From: Patescibacteria group bacterium
GTDB taxonomy: Bacteria; Patescibacteriota; Patescibacteriia; Patescibacteriales; UBA12465
Assembly (NCBI GenBank): GCA_050949525.1
Contig: JBMNFW010000001.1
Coordinates: forward strand, 527,890-591,889
Direction of reading: 5' to 3'
Length of the DNA: 64,000 bases
Part shown: in pieces, positions 43,631-53,539 of the stretch
How the letters are laid out: every line of letters begins with the position of its first letter
Numbering within the stretch: the stretch's first letter is position 1
Made by a program: the position numbers and the translations under genes
The notes under the pieces: generated by a model
Databases searched by the model: none
Seen by the model: only the letters and a program-made list of their open reading frames with translations
What the model was told of the DNA's origin: nothing

Positions 43631-45562
43631 ATGTCAGAAAAAAGTAAAAAAACTAACAATTATGGAGCCGATGCCATTACCGTCCTAGAAGGTTTAGATC
43701 CAGTTCGTAAAAGACCCGGAATGTATATTGGATCCACTTCCTCTACTGGACTACATCATTTAATTTGGGAAGTAGTTGATAATGGTGTTGATGAGGCAAT
43801 GGCTGGTTACGCCAATGAAATTACTGTTACTCTGTTAGCTGATGGCATGATTCAAATTGAAGATAATGGTCGAGGCATCCCAGTAGACAAACATCCAACT
43901 ACGGGAGTTTCAGCTCTCGAGACGGTTTTAACCAAACTTCATGCCGGAGGAAAATTCGGTGGAGGTGGATATAAAGTTTCTGGTGGTTTACACGGAGTTG
44001 GAGTTTCAGTGGTTAACGCTTTGAGTGAATATTTAAAAGCTGAAATTCATCGTGATGGACAAATCTGGCAACAAGAATATAAAGCCGGTAAAGCTCTAAA
44101 AAATGTTAAAGCTATTGGAAAAACTAAAAAAACTGGAACTATTATCACTTTTAAGCCGGATAGTAGTATTTTTACTGAAACTGAATTTAGTTGGGGTCGA
44201 ATACTAGATCGCCTTCGCCAACAGTCCTATCTAACCAAGGGCATCACTATGAATATTATCGATCAACGACCTGATCATTCGCTCAAAAAATATCGCTTTT
44301 ACTTTGAAGGTGGCATCAAATCATATATTAAATCTCTCCATCGACAAAAAAATGTCATGCATGATACTATTTTTTATTTAGAAAAAGATATTGATGATGC
44401 TAAAATAGAAGTAGCTTTACAATATAATGATGAATATAATGAAACGACTCTTCCCTTTGCTAATAATATTTACAACGTTGACGGAGGAACTCATTTAGTA
44501 GGCTTTCGAACTGCTCTTACCCGAACCCTTAATACTTACGCTCGCAATAAAAATCTATTAAAAGAAAAAGATGAAAACCTAAGTGGAGAAGACGTTCGCG
44601 AAGGTTTAACAGCTATAATCAGTGTTAAGCTTTCCAATCCTCAATTTGAAGGTCAAACTAAAGGTAAGTTAGGTAATGCCGAAATTAAAACTTATGTAGA
44701 ACAAGCTTTTGGTGAAGCTTTTACTATCTTCCTTGAAGAAAACCCTAAAGAAGCTGAAAGTATTATTGGAAAATGTATTTTATCCTCTCAAGCTCGCTTA
44801 GCCGCTCGAACCGCTCGAGCTAATATTCTCAGAAAAGGAGCTTTAGAAGGCATGACTTTACCCGGAAAACTAGCTGATTGTTCTAGTAATAAAGCTGAAG
44901 AATGTGAATTATATATCGTAGAGGGAGACTCAGCTGGTGGTAGCGCTAAACAAGGACGAGATCGTCGTTTTCAAGCTATATTACCATTACGAGGAAAAAT
45001 ATTAAATGTTGAAAGAGCTCGTTTAGATAAAATGTTAAGTAATAATGAAATTAAAAACATGGTAATTGCCTTTGGAACTAATATTGCGGAACAATTAGAT
45101 CTAGAAAAACTACGTTATCATCGAATCATTATTATGACTGATGCTGATGTTGATGGAGCTCATATCAGAACTCTACTACTAACTCTCTTCTTCCGTTATT
45201 TTAACCCCCTAATTAGTGCTGGTCATATCTATATTGCTCAACCGCCCCTTTATCAATTAAAAAAGGGAAATCAAGCTCGCTACGCTTATTCAGAGGAGGA
45301 AAAAGATAAGATTATAAAAGAGATGGGCCAAGGAGAGGATAATAAAGTCTCAGTACAACGTTATAAAGGTTTAGGAGAGATGAATCCAGAACAACTCTGG
45401 GATACTACTATGAATCCAGAGACTCGTATTATTAAACAAGTTACTATTGAAGATGCCGCTAAAGCTGATATTGTTTTTGATATGTTAATGGGAGATGATG
45501 TTTCTAAAAGAAGACATTTTATACAAACTCATGCTAAAGAGGTTAGTAATCTTGATATTTAA
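43631..45562 (+). CDS. gyrB: DNA gyrase subunit B
   Basis: 643 aa. GLEPVRKRPGMYIG, LHHLIWEVVDN, GGLHGVG, EGDSAGGSAK, IMTDADVDGAHI and QRYKGLGEM motifs. Confidence 0.97.
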   Translation: MSEKSKKTNNYGADAITVLEGLDPVRKRPGMYIGSTSSTGLHHLIWEVVDNGVDEAMAGYANEITVTLLADGMIQIEDNGRGIPVDKHPTTGVSALETVLTKLHAGGKFGGGGYKVSGGLHGVGVSVVNALSEYLKAEIHRDGQIWQQEYKAGKALKNVKAIGKTKKTGTIITFKPDSSIFTETEFSWGRILDRLRQQSYLTKGITMNIIDQRPDHSLKKYRFYFEGGIKSYIKSLHRQKNVMHDTIFYLEKDIDDAKIEVALQYNDEYNETTLPFANNIYNVDGGTHLVGFRTALTRTLNTYARNKNLLKEKDENLSGEDVREGLTAIISVKLSNPQFEGQTKGKLGNAEIKTYVEQAFGEAFTIFLEENPKEAESIIGKCILSSQARLAARTARANILRKGALEGMTLPGKLADCSSNKAEECELYIVEGDSAGGSAKQGRDRRFQAILPLRGKILNVERARLDKMLSNNEIKNMVIAFGTNIAEQLDLEKLRYHRIIIMTDADVDGAHIRTLLLTLFFRYFNPLISAGHIYIAQPPLYQLKKGNQARYAYSEEEKDKIIKEMGQGEDNKVSVQRYKGLGEMNPEQLWDTTMNPETRIIKQVTIEDAAKADIVFDMLMGDDVSKRRHFIQTHAKEVSNLDI

Positions 45563-45580
45563 TTATTAATAAAAAAAGCT

Positions 45581-46039
45581 ATGAACCCCTACTTAATGTT
45601 TCTCACTCCATTTATAGCCGCGGGATCAGCCCAATTTATTAAAATTCTAATTGGTCATCCCAAGAAACTAAGTTTTAAAGATTTATTCCGACTCACCTAT
45701 GCGGGAATGCCTTCAGGACATAGCGCTTTTGTATCCTCATTAACCATGCTCATAGCCTTAATTCAAGGTTTTAATTCTCCCATTTTTCTTTTAAGTTTAG
45801 TATTTACCTTCATCGTTATTAATGATGCTCTTAAACTAAGGCGTTATTTAGGAAAACAAGGTGAAGTTATTAATACTCTCATTAAAGACTTAAAAGAAGA
45901 TCAATTTTTAGATGAAGAATACCCGCTATTATTAGAAAGAATTGGACATACAAAAATAGAGGCCCTAGTTGGATCTCTATTAGGAATATTGGTTTCTTTA
46001 ATAATGTTTTTTTTAATTGATCCTTTTCTGTTTAAATAA
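45581..46039 (+). CDS. Divergent PAP2 family (DUF212) membrane protein
   Basis: 152 aa. GMPSGHSAFVSSL motif with four TM helices. Convergent 8-nt overlap with the next gene. Confidence 0.7.
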   Translation: MNPYLMFLTPFIAAGSAQFIKILIGHPKKLSFKDLFRLTYAGMPSGHSAFVSSLTMLIALIQGFNSPIFLLSLVFTFIVINDALKLRRYLGKQGEVINTLIKDLKEDQFLDEEYPLLLERIGHTKIEALVGSLLGILVSLIMFFLIDPFLFK

Positions 46040-46889
46040 AGCTATCTTCTTTCATGCTAGAGCTAAGAGGCAAATTTAGAATCTTTAAGATACTCGGAGC
46101 AATTTTTAAATAGTTTCCCTGAGGACTCAATAAACTAAGATCATTATTAGGAGCTTCTTTAAGACCAATAGTCTTGCCCATAAAATTTGATCCGATAATT
46201 AATAAAGGAACATTATTTTTTGTTCTTTTTTTGTTAGCTAAACCAGTACCTATATTAAAAACATCTTCCGCTCCACCATAAGCACTGCTAACTATTAAAA
46301 CTCCATCCACTTCTAAAACCGCCGTAGCGATTTTATCTAAATAAGCTGAAACATTTTCTACCGCTGAAATAACTGACAAAAAATCCCCCTTTAATACTTC
46401 TTGCCCAATCTCAGAAATACAAGAGAAAATAAAATTATAACTATTGGACTTAATATTTTTAATTAAAGTATCAACTAAATCATTGGAATTAAAAAAGGAT
46501 TTTAATAAACGCCGACGATTATCCACTATTAACCAATCCTCCCCGGTTAATCGACTAGAACTCTGATTAAAAAAAGTCGACACTAGAGGAAAATCAGAAC
46601 TACTAGCTATCCTTAATTGTCTTAAATTAAACTGAGAAATAATTTTAGCCACTGAAATTGGAGACTGGACCTCGCTCTCAGGATGACAAGAGCAGCCCAT
46701 AGATCGATAAGTTCGACTTAATTCAAAATCCCAGCCCTCTAAAACCGTAGCTGGAAAATTATTAACTAAATTTTTAAACCCAGGGATCTGAGCTTTGCGA
46801 ATAGCATTATTCTCAGTATTAAGAGAAATACCCCAACCATCGAGATTAAGAAAAACTAATAATTTATTTTTAACCGTAGTACTAGGCAT
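46032..46889 (-). CDS. Truncated, active-site-degenerate homolog of cofactor-independent phosphoglycerate mutase (iPGM)
   Basis: 285 aa from ATG 46889 (track ORF starts at TTG 46904). LNLDGWGI...NAIRKAQIPGF matches the iPGM N-terminus and FNLRQLRIASSSDFPLVSTFFN...GEDWLIVDN matches LRQLRIAETEKYPHVTFF...GEDRILI. The whole transferase domain, the catalytic Ser and the metal ligands are missing. Confidence 0.65.
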   Translation of the reverse strand: MPSTTVKNKLLVFLNLDGWGISLNTENNAIRKAQIPGFKNLVNNFPATVLEGWDFELSRTYRSMGCSCHPESEVQSPISVAKIISQFNLRQLRIASSSDFPLVSTFFNQSSSRLTGEDWLIVDNRRRLLKSFFNSNDLVDTLIKNIKSNSYNFIFSCISEIGQEVLKGDFLSVISAVENVSAYLDKIATAVLEVDGVLIVSSAYGGAEDVFNIGTGLANKKRTKNNVPLLIIGSNFMGKTIGLKEAPNNDLSLLSPQGNYLKIAPSILKILNLPLSSSMKEDSFI

Positions 46890-48135
46890 AAAGATTTTCT
46901 TCAATTTCCATTAAACGATTATACTTAACTAATCTTTCACTTCGAGATAGGGATCCTGATTTTATATACTCAGCCGATACTGCTACTGATAAATCAGCAA
47001 TAAAGTCATCACAAGTTTCTCCACTTCGATGTGAAATCATTAATTTATATTTATTAGCTTGAGCTTTTTTAATCGTATCAATAGTTTCTGATAAAGTTCC
47101 AACTTGATTGGGCTTAATTAGAATAGCATTAGCCGCTTTATTCTTAATACCTCGACTCAACCTAACCTTATTAGTCACAAACAAATCATCACCAATCAAG
47201 ACAACTTTAGATCCTAAACTTTTGGTTAATTTTTGCCAAGAAGTCCAATCATCTTCCGCCAAACCATCTTCAATAAATAACAATTTATATCTTTCATACC
47301 AATCTCGATATAAATTAATTAAATCATCAGATTTTAAAGCCTTACCAGCTAATTGATAAGTCTTGGTTTTAGAATCAAAAAACTCTGAAGATCCAACATC
47401 ACTTCCTAAAAAGAAATCTCGACCCAGTTCATATTTTAAATTTTTTCCAGCTACTTTAATTAAATCTAAGGCCGCTTGATTATCCGCAAGATCAGGTGCG
47501 TAACCACCCTCATTACCCAATCCAGTGCTTAAACCTTGACTCTTTAAAATCCGACCTAGCTCATGAAAAATCTCTGAACCCATTCTAATCTTTTCCGCTA
47601 CTGATTTAATAGCGGGATTAGGTACTATCATAAACTCCTGAAAATCAAGATTATTATCAGCATGAGCCCCACCATTAATAATGTTAAAAGATGGGCTAGG
47701 AAGACGATACTTTTTAGAAAAACCAAAACTATCAGCTAAATATTCATATAACTCCATCTCCTTAAACTTAGCAGCTAATCGAGCCGTAGCTAATGATAGA
47801 GCTAGAATAGCATTAGCCCCTAATCTATCCTTATTCTTAGTACCATCTAATTTAATCATTATTTGATCAATCTTTTTTGGCTTTAAAATATCCTGACCAA
47901 TTAAAGCTTTAGTTAATGGTCCATTGATATTCTTCACAGCTTTTAAAACACCTAAACCTCGATATCTCTTTTTATCCCTATCTCTTAACTCACACGCTTC
48001 ATAGGCTCCCGTAGAAGCCCCTGATGGAACACTAGCCTTAGCATTTAAGCCATTACTTAAAAAAACTCGAGCTTCCACCGTCGGATTTCCTCGAGAATCT
48101 AAGATCTCTCGTCCTTTAATTTTAGTAATAATCAT
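46882..48135 (-). CDS. eno: Enolase
   Basis: 417 aa. REILDSRGNPTVE, SGASTG..EA.ELRD, SHRSGET and SRSERL.KYN motifs. Confidence 0.97.
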   Translation of the reverse strand: MIITKIKGREILDSRGNPTVEARVFLSNGLNAKASVPSGASTGAYEACELRDRDKKRYRGLGVLKAVKNINGPLTKALIGQDILKPKKIDQIMIKLDGTKNKDRLGANAILALSLATARLAAKFKEMELYEYLADSFGFSKKYRLPSPSFNIINGGAHADNNLDFQEFMIVPNPAIKSVAEKIRMGSEIFHELGRILKSQGLSTGLGNEGGYAPDLADNQAALDLIKVAGKNLKYELGRDFFLGSDVGSSEFFDSKTKTYQLAGKALKSDDLINLYRDWYERYKLLFIEDGLAEDDWTSWQKLTKSLGSKVVLIGDDLFVTNKVRLSRGIKNKAANAILIKPNQVGTLSETIDTIKKAQANKYKLMISHRSGETCDDFIADLSVAVSAEYIKSGSLSRSERLVKYNRLMEIEENLYA

Positions 48136-48150
48136 ATATTTAAATTAATT

Positions 48151-49317
48151 TTAATTAATCCCCGGCATCTTTTGTCCGGATAAATAACTTAACATCGCAC
48201 CTCCACCAGTTGATACCCAATCAAAATCCTTCTTAACTTGAGCTAAATTCACTGCTGCCACGGTTTCACCTCCCCCAACTAAACTAAAAGCTCCGGCTTT
48301 AGATCTTTTAGCAATAGCCTTAGCTAAGTTTAGGGTTCCTGATCTAAACTCCTCTTTCTCAAAATAACCTAAAGGTCCATTCCAAACTATAGTTTGAGCT
48401 GATTTGATATATTCAGAAAAAAGTTTTAAAGTTTGTGGTCCTAAATCTAAAATATTATCATATTCCGTTATTTGCTCCAGTCTTTTATTCATCACTTTAG
48501 ATCCATTAGACTTCACCACCACATCACTAGGTAGTATAATTTTTTTAGTCTTTAAAAGTTTTAATAACTCAACCTGATTAAAATCATCAACTAATGATTT
48601 ACCAGTTTCAAAACCCTGAGCTTGAAAAAAATTATTAGCTAAGGCTCCTCCAATTAAAACATAATCAGCTATCTTTAATAGTTTTTTAATAATAGCTAAT
48701 TTAGTAGAAATCTTAGCCCCTCCCATTACCACCACTAAAGGTTTTTTGGGAGAAAGTATTTTATTCAAATTATTAATCTCTGCTTCTAATAATAATCCTG
48801 CATAAGCTTTAACATCTGTATCTAAAATAGCGGAAATGGAAGAATTAGCTCGATGAGATACCGCAAAAGCTTCATTAACATAAATTGGTGCTAATGAAGC
48901 AAAAGATTTAGCTAAACGACGACAATCTCGCTCTTCTCCTGGATAAAATCTAAGATTATCTAAAGCAAAAATTTTAACATCTTTTTCAGATTTTAAAATC
49001 CGCCTAACATCAGTCCACTTAGAATAATTTTGATAATCAAAAAAGAAAATTTTTTGATTTAAATTTTTAGCTAAATGATTAATAACGGGTCGAAGAGAAT
49101 ATTTGGAATCAAAACCATTTTTAGGTTGCCCTAAATGACTAGCAATAATCAAACGATTATCATTTTGAAGTAAAAGATTAATCGTGGCTAAACTTTGTTG
49201 AATTTTAAAATCTTCTTTAATCTTACCTTTCTCTTGAGGTAAGTTAAGATCTAAACGCAAAAAAACTAACTGCCCCTTAATTAAATGAAGATTAGGTTTT
49301 AAACTTTTTAATCTCAT
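48151..49317 (-). CDS. pgk: Phosphoglycerate kinase
   Basis: 388 aa. RLDLNLP, SHLGQP, NEAF.VSHRA, MGGAK.S.K and GGGA motifs. Confidence 0.93.
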   Translation of the reverse strand: MRLKSLKPNLHLIKGQLVFLRLDLNLPQEKGKIKEDFKIQQSLATINLLLQNDNRLIIASHLGQPKNGFDSKYSLRPVINHLAKNLNQKIFFFDYQNYSKWTDVRRILKSEKDVKIFALDNLRFYPGEERDCRRLAKSFASLAPIYVNEAFAVSHRANSSISAILDTDVKAYAGLLLEAEINNLNKILSPKKPLVVVMGGAKISTKLAIIKKLLKIADYVLIGGALANNFFQAQGFETGKSLVDDFNQVELLKLLKTKKIILPSDVVVKSNGSKVMNKRLEQITEYDNILDLGPQTLKLFSEYIKSAQTIVWNGPLGYFEKEEFRSGTLNLAKAIAKRSKAGAFSLVGGGETVAAVNLAQVKKDFDWVSTGGGAMLSYLSGQKMPGIN

Positions 49318-49320
49318 AAA

Positions 49321-50415
49321 CTATTTTAATTCTACTTTTAATTCCATTAATTGTCCTTCCCGTAGCACTATAATACTTAATTTATCTCCTGGAATAAAAT
49401 TATTTAAAACATCATTAAAATTAGCCTTATCATTAATTTCATGATTATTAACCTGAGTAATAATATCTCCAGCAATTAAACCACTAGATTCAGCCAAAGA
49501 ACCGGCTACAACTCGAGAAACTATATTACCTTTTAAAGGTAATTTAGGATCAATAACATTCTTTAAATCTAAATACCAAAGACCAAATTTAAGTGGGACC
49601 ATTTCTTTATTCTTCAAAAAACCATAAATTAAAGGCCGAAAAGCATGAACACTTTCCACTTCCAAGTTCTTATTAATCAAAGCAATCAAATCTCCGCTCA
49701 GGTTAAAGATATAGGCTTGGGCAAAATTATCATCAATATCTTGACTTAAGTTAATCTGACTATGATACTGATCCGAAAATTTTAAATCCTCCCCAGAATC
49801 AATTGATTTAATAGCATTTAGAGCTAGTTCACCTTGAAAATTATATAATAAAACAGTCTGACCAGGATTAAGATCAGAAATATTTGAAAAATTTCGTACC
49901 GGTAGATTAGTAGCTTTTTTAATTTTAACTAACAGAAAACCCTCCGAACTAAAATCTAAAACCTCTTCAATCTCCTGAACCTTTTTTTCTTTTTTGGACA
50001 CTAATACATAATCCTCAATTTTATTCACTATATCTAAATTAAAATCTTTTTGCCCTAAAATATTAACCATCACCCAACCATCACTACTAATTACTAAGCC
50101 AGAAAAAAGCTCCTCTCCTAAACTATAACTATCCTTCTCATTTTTTAAAAAAATACCCACTACTGATTCATTTAAATAATTAAGAGTTTCATCAATTTTT
50201 AAATCTTGACTAATATATACTCGTCGCGGATCCTGAATCACTAAGCTAGTATTATTATACTTAGGAGAATCGAGGTCTAAACTTTGATTTAAATCTCTTA
50301 AAGTATTTAAAGAAGATAAAGAAAGAGATAAAAAAATCAAAGTTCCAATTGTTAATCCTAAAATTAGAATTAAAATAATAGTGGTAAAAATTGAACTTTT
50401 TTTTGTTTTTTTCAT
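49321..50415 (-). CDS. Membrane-anchored HtrA/DegP-like protein with PDZ domain; catalytic triad not recognisable
   Basis: 364 aa. N-terminal TM and a C-terminal PDZ (GSLAESSGLIAGDIITQVNNHEIND...). The trypsin-like blocks read VNILG (for TNNHV), GFLLVKI (for DLALLKI) and FNLSGDL (for GNSGGPL). Confidence 0.6.
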   Translation of the reverse strand: MKKTKKSSIFTTIILILILGLTIGTLIFLSLSLSSLNTLRDLNQSLDLDSPKYNNTSLVIQDPRRVYISQDLKIDETLNYLNESVVGIFLKNEKDSYSLGEELFSGLVISSDGWVMVNILGQKDFNLDIVNKIEDYVLVSKKEKKVQEIEEVLDFSSEGFLLVKIKKATNLPVRNFSNISDLNPGQTVLLYNFQGELALNAIKSIDSGEDLKFSDQYHSQINLSQDIDDNFAQAYIFNLSGDLIALINKNLEVESVHAFRPLIYGFLKNKEMVPLKFGLWYLDLKNVIDPKLPLKGNIVSRVVAGSLAESSGLIAGDIITQVNNHEINDKANFNDVLNNFIPGDKLSIIVLREGQLMELKVELK

Positions 50416-50422
50416 AGTTTCT

Positions 50423-51160
50423 TTAACGCCATTTGACTGATAATAATATCAAAATCAAAAGGGATATTATAAAAATTAAATTGTATTTTATTTTTTTAGG
50501 CCCTAAGTCTCTATTTAAATAAAGCCTAATAAAGCTTAGACCAGCATAATAAAGTACTGATAATAATAAAGCAATAATATTATAATTAAACGGCAGAAAA
50601 AAGAAAGACCAAATAAGAGGAATTAGGGATAATAAAAATATAATCAAGAAAAATACCGACAAGGACCTGGGTTGAGATAATAAAGAAATATTAAGCCCAG
50701 CTATTAAAAATATAAAAATACTAAGAAATAGAAAAACCCAAACCGAATTAATATTCAAGAAATAATTTAAACTATAGAAAAAAGAACTAGCTAAAAAAAC
50801 TGATAACAAGCTAATAATATCACTCCAAACTAATAAACTAGTAAACTTTCTTTTCTTTAAATTTAAACAATAACAATAAGACAGAATAATAGCTATTAAA
50901 ATAAAAAAGATAAAATAAAATGACGGAACTGAAATTGATAAAAAGAAAAGAAAACTATTAAGAAAGAAAAAAGGTAAAAGGGGTAAAAGAAATTTATCTC
51001 GATTCCATAAATCTTTTCGAAAAAAAAGAATCAAAAAAGAAAACAGAAAAACATTAAAAACAATAATAAAATAATAAAACAAACGAGACCAGATAAAAGC
51101 TGAACTAATTATCAGAAAAAATAATAAATGACTAAAAAATATTTTCTTTCTTAAATTCAT
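50423..51160 (-). CDS. Polytopic membrane protein, function unknown
   Basis: 245 aa, Phe/Leu/Ile/Ser-rich, about 7 predicted TM helices. Confidence 0.55.
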   Translation of the reverse strand: MNLRKKIFFSHLLFFLIISSAFIWSRLFYYFIIVFNVFLFSFLILFFRKDLWNRDKFLLPLLPFFFLNSFLFFLSISVPSFYFIFFILIAIILSYCYCLNLKKRKFTSLLVWSDIISLLSVFLASSFFYSLNYFLNINSVWVFLFLSIFIFLIAGLNISLLSQPRSLSVFFLIIFLLSLIPLIWSFFFLPFNYNIIALLLSVLYYAGLSFIRLYLNRDLGPKKIKYNLIFIISLLILILLSVKWR

Positions 51161-51161
51161 A

Positions 51162-51463
51162 ATTTACTGCCCCAATTTCAAATCCTTAATCAATTTTAAG
51201 TCTTCCAGATTACTAATCTTCATTGATTTGGAAAAAATAGAGTAAAGATAATCTTCAATATATAAAGCTCGTTGAACTCGAGAAGAATGAAGATAATCAC
51301 TAGCTTGACCCTATTTACTGCCCCAATTTCAAATCCTTAATCAATTTTAAGTCTTCCAGATTACTAATCTTCATTGATTTGGAAAAAATAGAGTAAAGAT
51401 AATCTTCAATATATAAAGCTCGTTGAACTCGAGAAGAATGAAGATAATCACTAGCTTGACCCT
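51162..51463. repeat. Perfect 151-bp tandem duplication (51162-51312 and 51313-51463)
   Basis: The two units are identical base for base. Unit 2 is the last 49 codons plus stop of 51315..53471; unit 1 is a non-translated copy between that gene and the start of 50423..51160. Confidence 0.92.
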
Positions 51464-53471
51464 TCAAATGATTAATTTCTCCCTTTAACTTTATCTGATT
51501 ATCAATAATTTCAAACACCAAAAAACCGCTGAACTTTATATTATCCCAATAATCGCCACTTAAAGAATCAGCGAATAATAAAACTGGAACTACAATAATA
51601 TTTTTATCTACTGAAGCTAAGAAAGCATGATGATCATATAAAGCCGCCGATTCACTATAACGATTACCAATGACATAAGAATCTAACTCCACTGGAGTAT
51701 CAGCTGAAACATCAAATAATGATAATTTTAATCCAGTATTAACTACCCGATCATTAACCAAATCAGTAGCTCGACCAAAACCAATTAATTGCTGATCTTT
51801 CCAAGGATGAAGATAATTAGAAAATCCCGGAATTTTTAATTCTCCAGAAATTACTGGATGATAAGGATTACTTAAATCTAAAGAAAATAAAGGATCTATT
51901 TGTTCAAAAGTAACTACATAGGCCTGATCCCCTAAAAATCGGACAGCATAAATTCTCTCTCCCGGGGCCATATTTTCTAAACTAGATATAATTTGTAAAT
52001 TAGAATCTAAGATATACACATTATTACTAGTTTCCGAAGCCGAAGCATATTTAGACCAAGAAACATTTCTAGTAGTAGCTACTCGGAAAAAACTCTGATA
52101 TTCATCTAAAGAAAATTGATTTAGCAAAGATCCAGGAACAGTTCCCTCCACCATTGGCTCCACAATACCATTAAGAGCTGAAAGTTTGTAAATCACTGTA
52201 GTTTCTACCTCATTTTCAATATTAGGATAACGCTCTAAAACCGCTTGAGTTAATTCTTTTTCTAAAGATTCCTGCTCTGATAAACTTAAAAGAGAAACAT
52301 AAAGATCTAAAACTTGTCTAATCTTATACCTCTTCTCACTAGCACTTAAAACCTTTTCCGAAGTATTTTTTATCTCTTCAATTAGATCTCGATCTTTGGT
52401 ACTTAATTTAAGATAAACTAAATCTAATAAAACTTCAGACTCAATATCATATTCATTTAAATATTTGGTATAAGCCAAATAAATATTATTAGGAGAAACA
52501 TAGATATGCTGACTAGCTGGTAATAGATAATGACTAGAGCGAAGATCATTTTTAGAATCAAAAATATTAATTGAATAAATTGAAGAAAAACTAAGACTAT
52601 CGTAAATAGTATCAAAATAATAAACCTCGGACGGATAACATTTTAGACCCTCCTGACACATTAAATCTATTTTTTCTCCTTGATAAAGAACTTCAGGTAA
52701 AATTCTCGGGGATAAATTATAATTATTAACTATAAAATAAACATGATCACCAATTAAGCGAGAATTAAAATATGATCCATCTATTTTAAAATCTTTTTCC
52801 TTAATCGGAGTTTGAGGATCACTAACATCGAAGACCTGTAAAAAAACTTGAGAAGAAAAACTCGGATAAATAGCTATTTTTTCATTATTATTAGAATTAA
52901 AATCATTACCAAAAACTACTAATTTACCATCTTTTAAATAAATATTTAAAGGCTGATTCTCAAATTTCATATGACTTAAAACTTGAGCCTTTTCCACTGG
53001 ATATGATTCTGTAATATACAAATCTTGATCACTTAAAACGTAAATATACTGACCATCAGTTTTAACAACATCAGCCTCGTCAACTCCTTCAACCTGAATA
53101 TTAGTTTCAGAAAAATCGACCGACTGATCAACACTATCAGCCATATCAGCCATTAGCTTATTAGTAGCAAATTCTACTAACGGCATCGAACTTTCTCTTT
53201 TTAAATTACGACTATGAATGTTAGTATTATTTAAATTTTCTTCAACAAAACTCTCTAATTCCTGGTACGAAGCAAAACTCTTTATTAAACCATTGCCATT
53301 ATTACTAAAAAAATCTCGAGAAGGAAGTTGGGTAATAACATTTTTTTGATCAATTGGTTTTTCCGCTACCATTAAATCCTTTATCTTTAAAATCACAAAA
53401 GAAACAATAATAACTACTAAGAAAAAAGATAAAATGATAGTTTTAAAATTAAGTTTTCTCTCCGATGACAT
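51315..53471 (-). CDS. Secreted beta-propeller domain protein (COG4880/PF09826-like)
   Basis: 718 aa with an N-terminal TM/signal anchor. FSETNIQVEGVDEADVVKTDGQYIYV is the characteristic Beta_propel block. Confidence 0.65.
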   Translation of the reverse strand: MSSERKLNFKTIILSFFLVVIIVSFVILKIKDLMVAEKPIDQKNVITQLPSRDFFSNNGNGLIKSFASYQELESFVEENLNNTNIHSRNLKRESSMPLVEFATNKLMADMADSVDQSVDFSETNIQVEGVDEADVVKTDGQYIYVLSDQDLYITESYPVEKAQVLSHMKFENQPLNIYLKDGKLVVFGNDFNSNNNEKIAIYPSFSSQVFLQVFDVSDPQTPIKEKDFKIDGSYFNSRLIGDHVYFIVNNYNLSPRILPEVLYQGEKIDLMCQEGLKCYPSEVYYFDTIYDSLSFSSIYSINIFDSKNDLRSSHYLLPASQHIYVSPNNIYLAYTKYLNEYDIESEVLLDLVYLKLSTKDRDLIEEIKNTSEKVLSASEKRYKIRQVLDLYVSLLSLSEQESLEKELTQAVLERYPNIENEVETTVIYKLSALNGIVEPMVEGTVPGSLLNQFSLDEYQSFFRVATTRNVSWSKYASASETSNNVYILDSNLQIISSLENMAPGERIYAVRFLGDQAYVVTFEQIDPLFSLDLSNPYHPVISGELKIPGFSNYLHPWKDQQLIGFGRATDLVNDRVVNTGLKLSLFDVSADTPVELDSYVIGNRYSESAALYDHHAFLASVDKNIIVVPVLLFADSLSGDYWDNIKFSGFLVFEIIDNQIKLKGEINHLKGQASDYLHSSRVQRALYIEDYLYSIFSKSMKISNLEDLKLIKDLKLGQ

Positions 53472-53539
53472 AAAAATTTTAATTAATTATAATAATATTA
53501 TTATACCACTAAAATAATAAATAATCAAACTAATGTATT

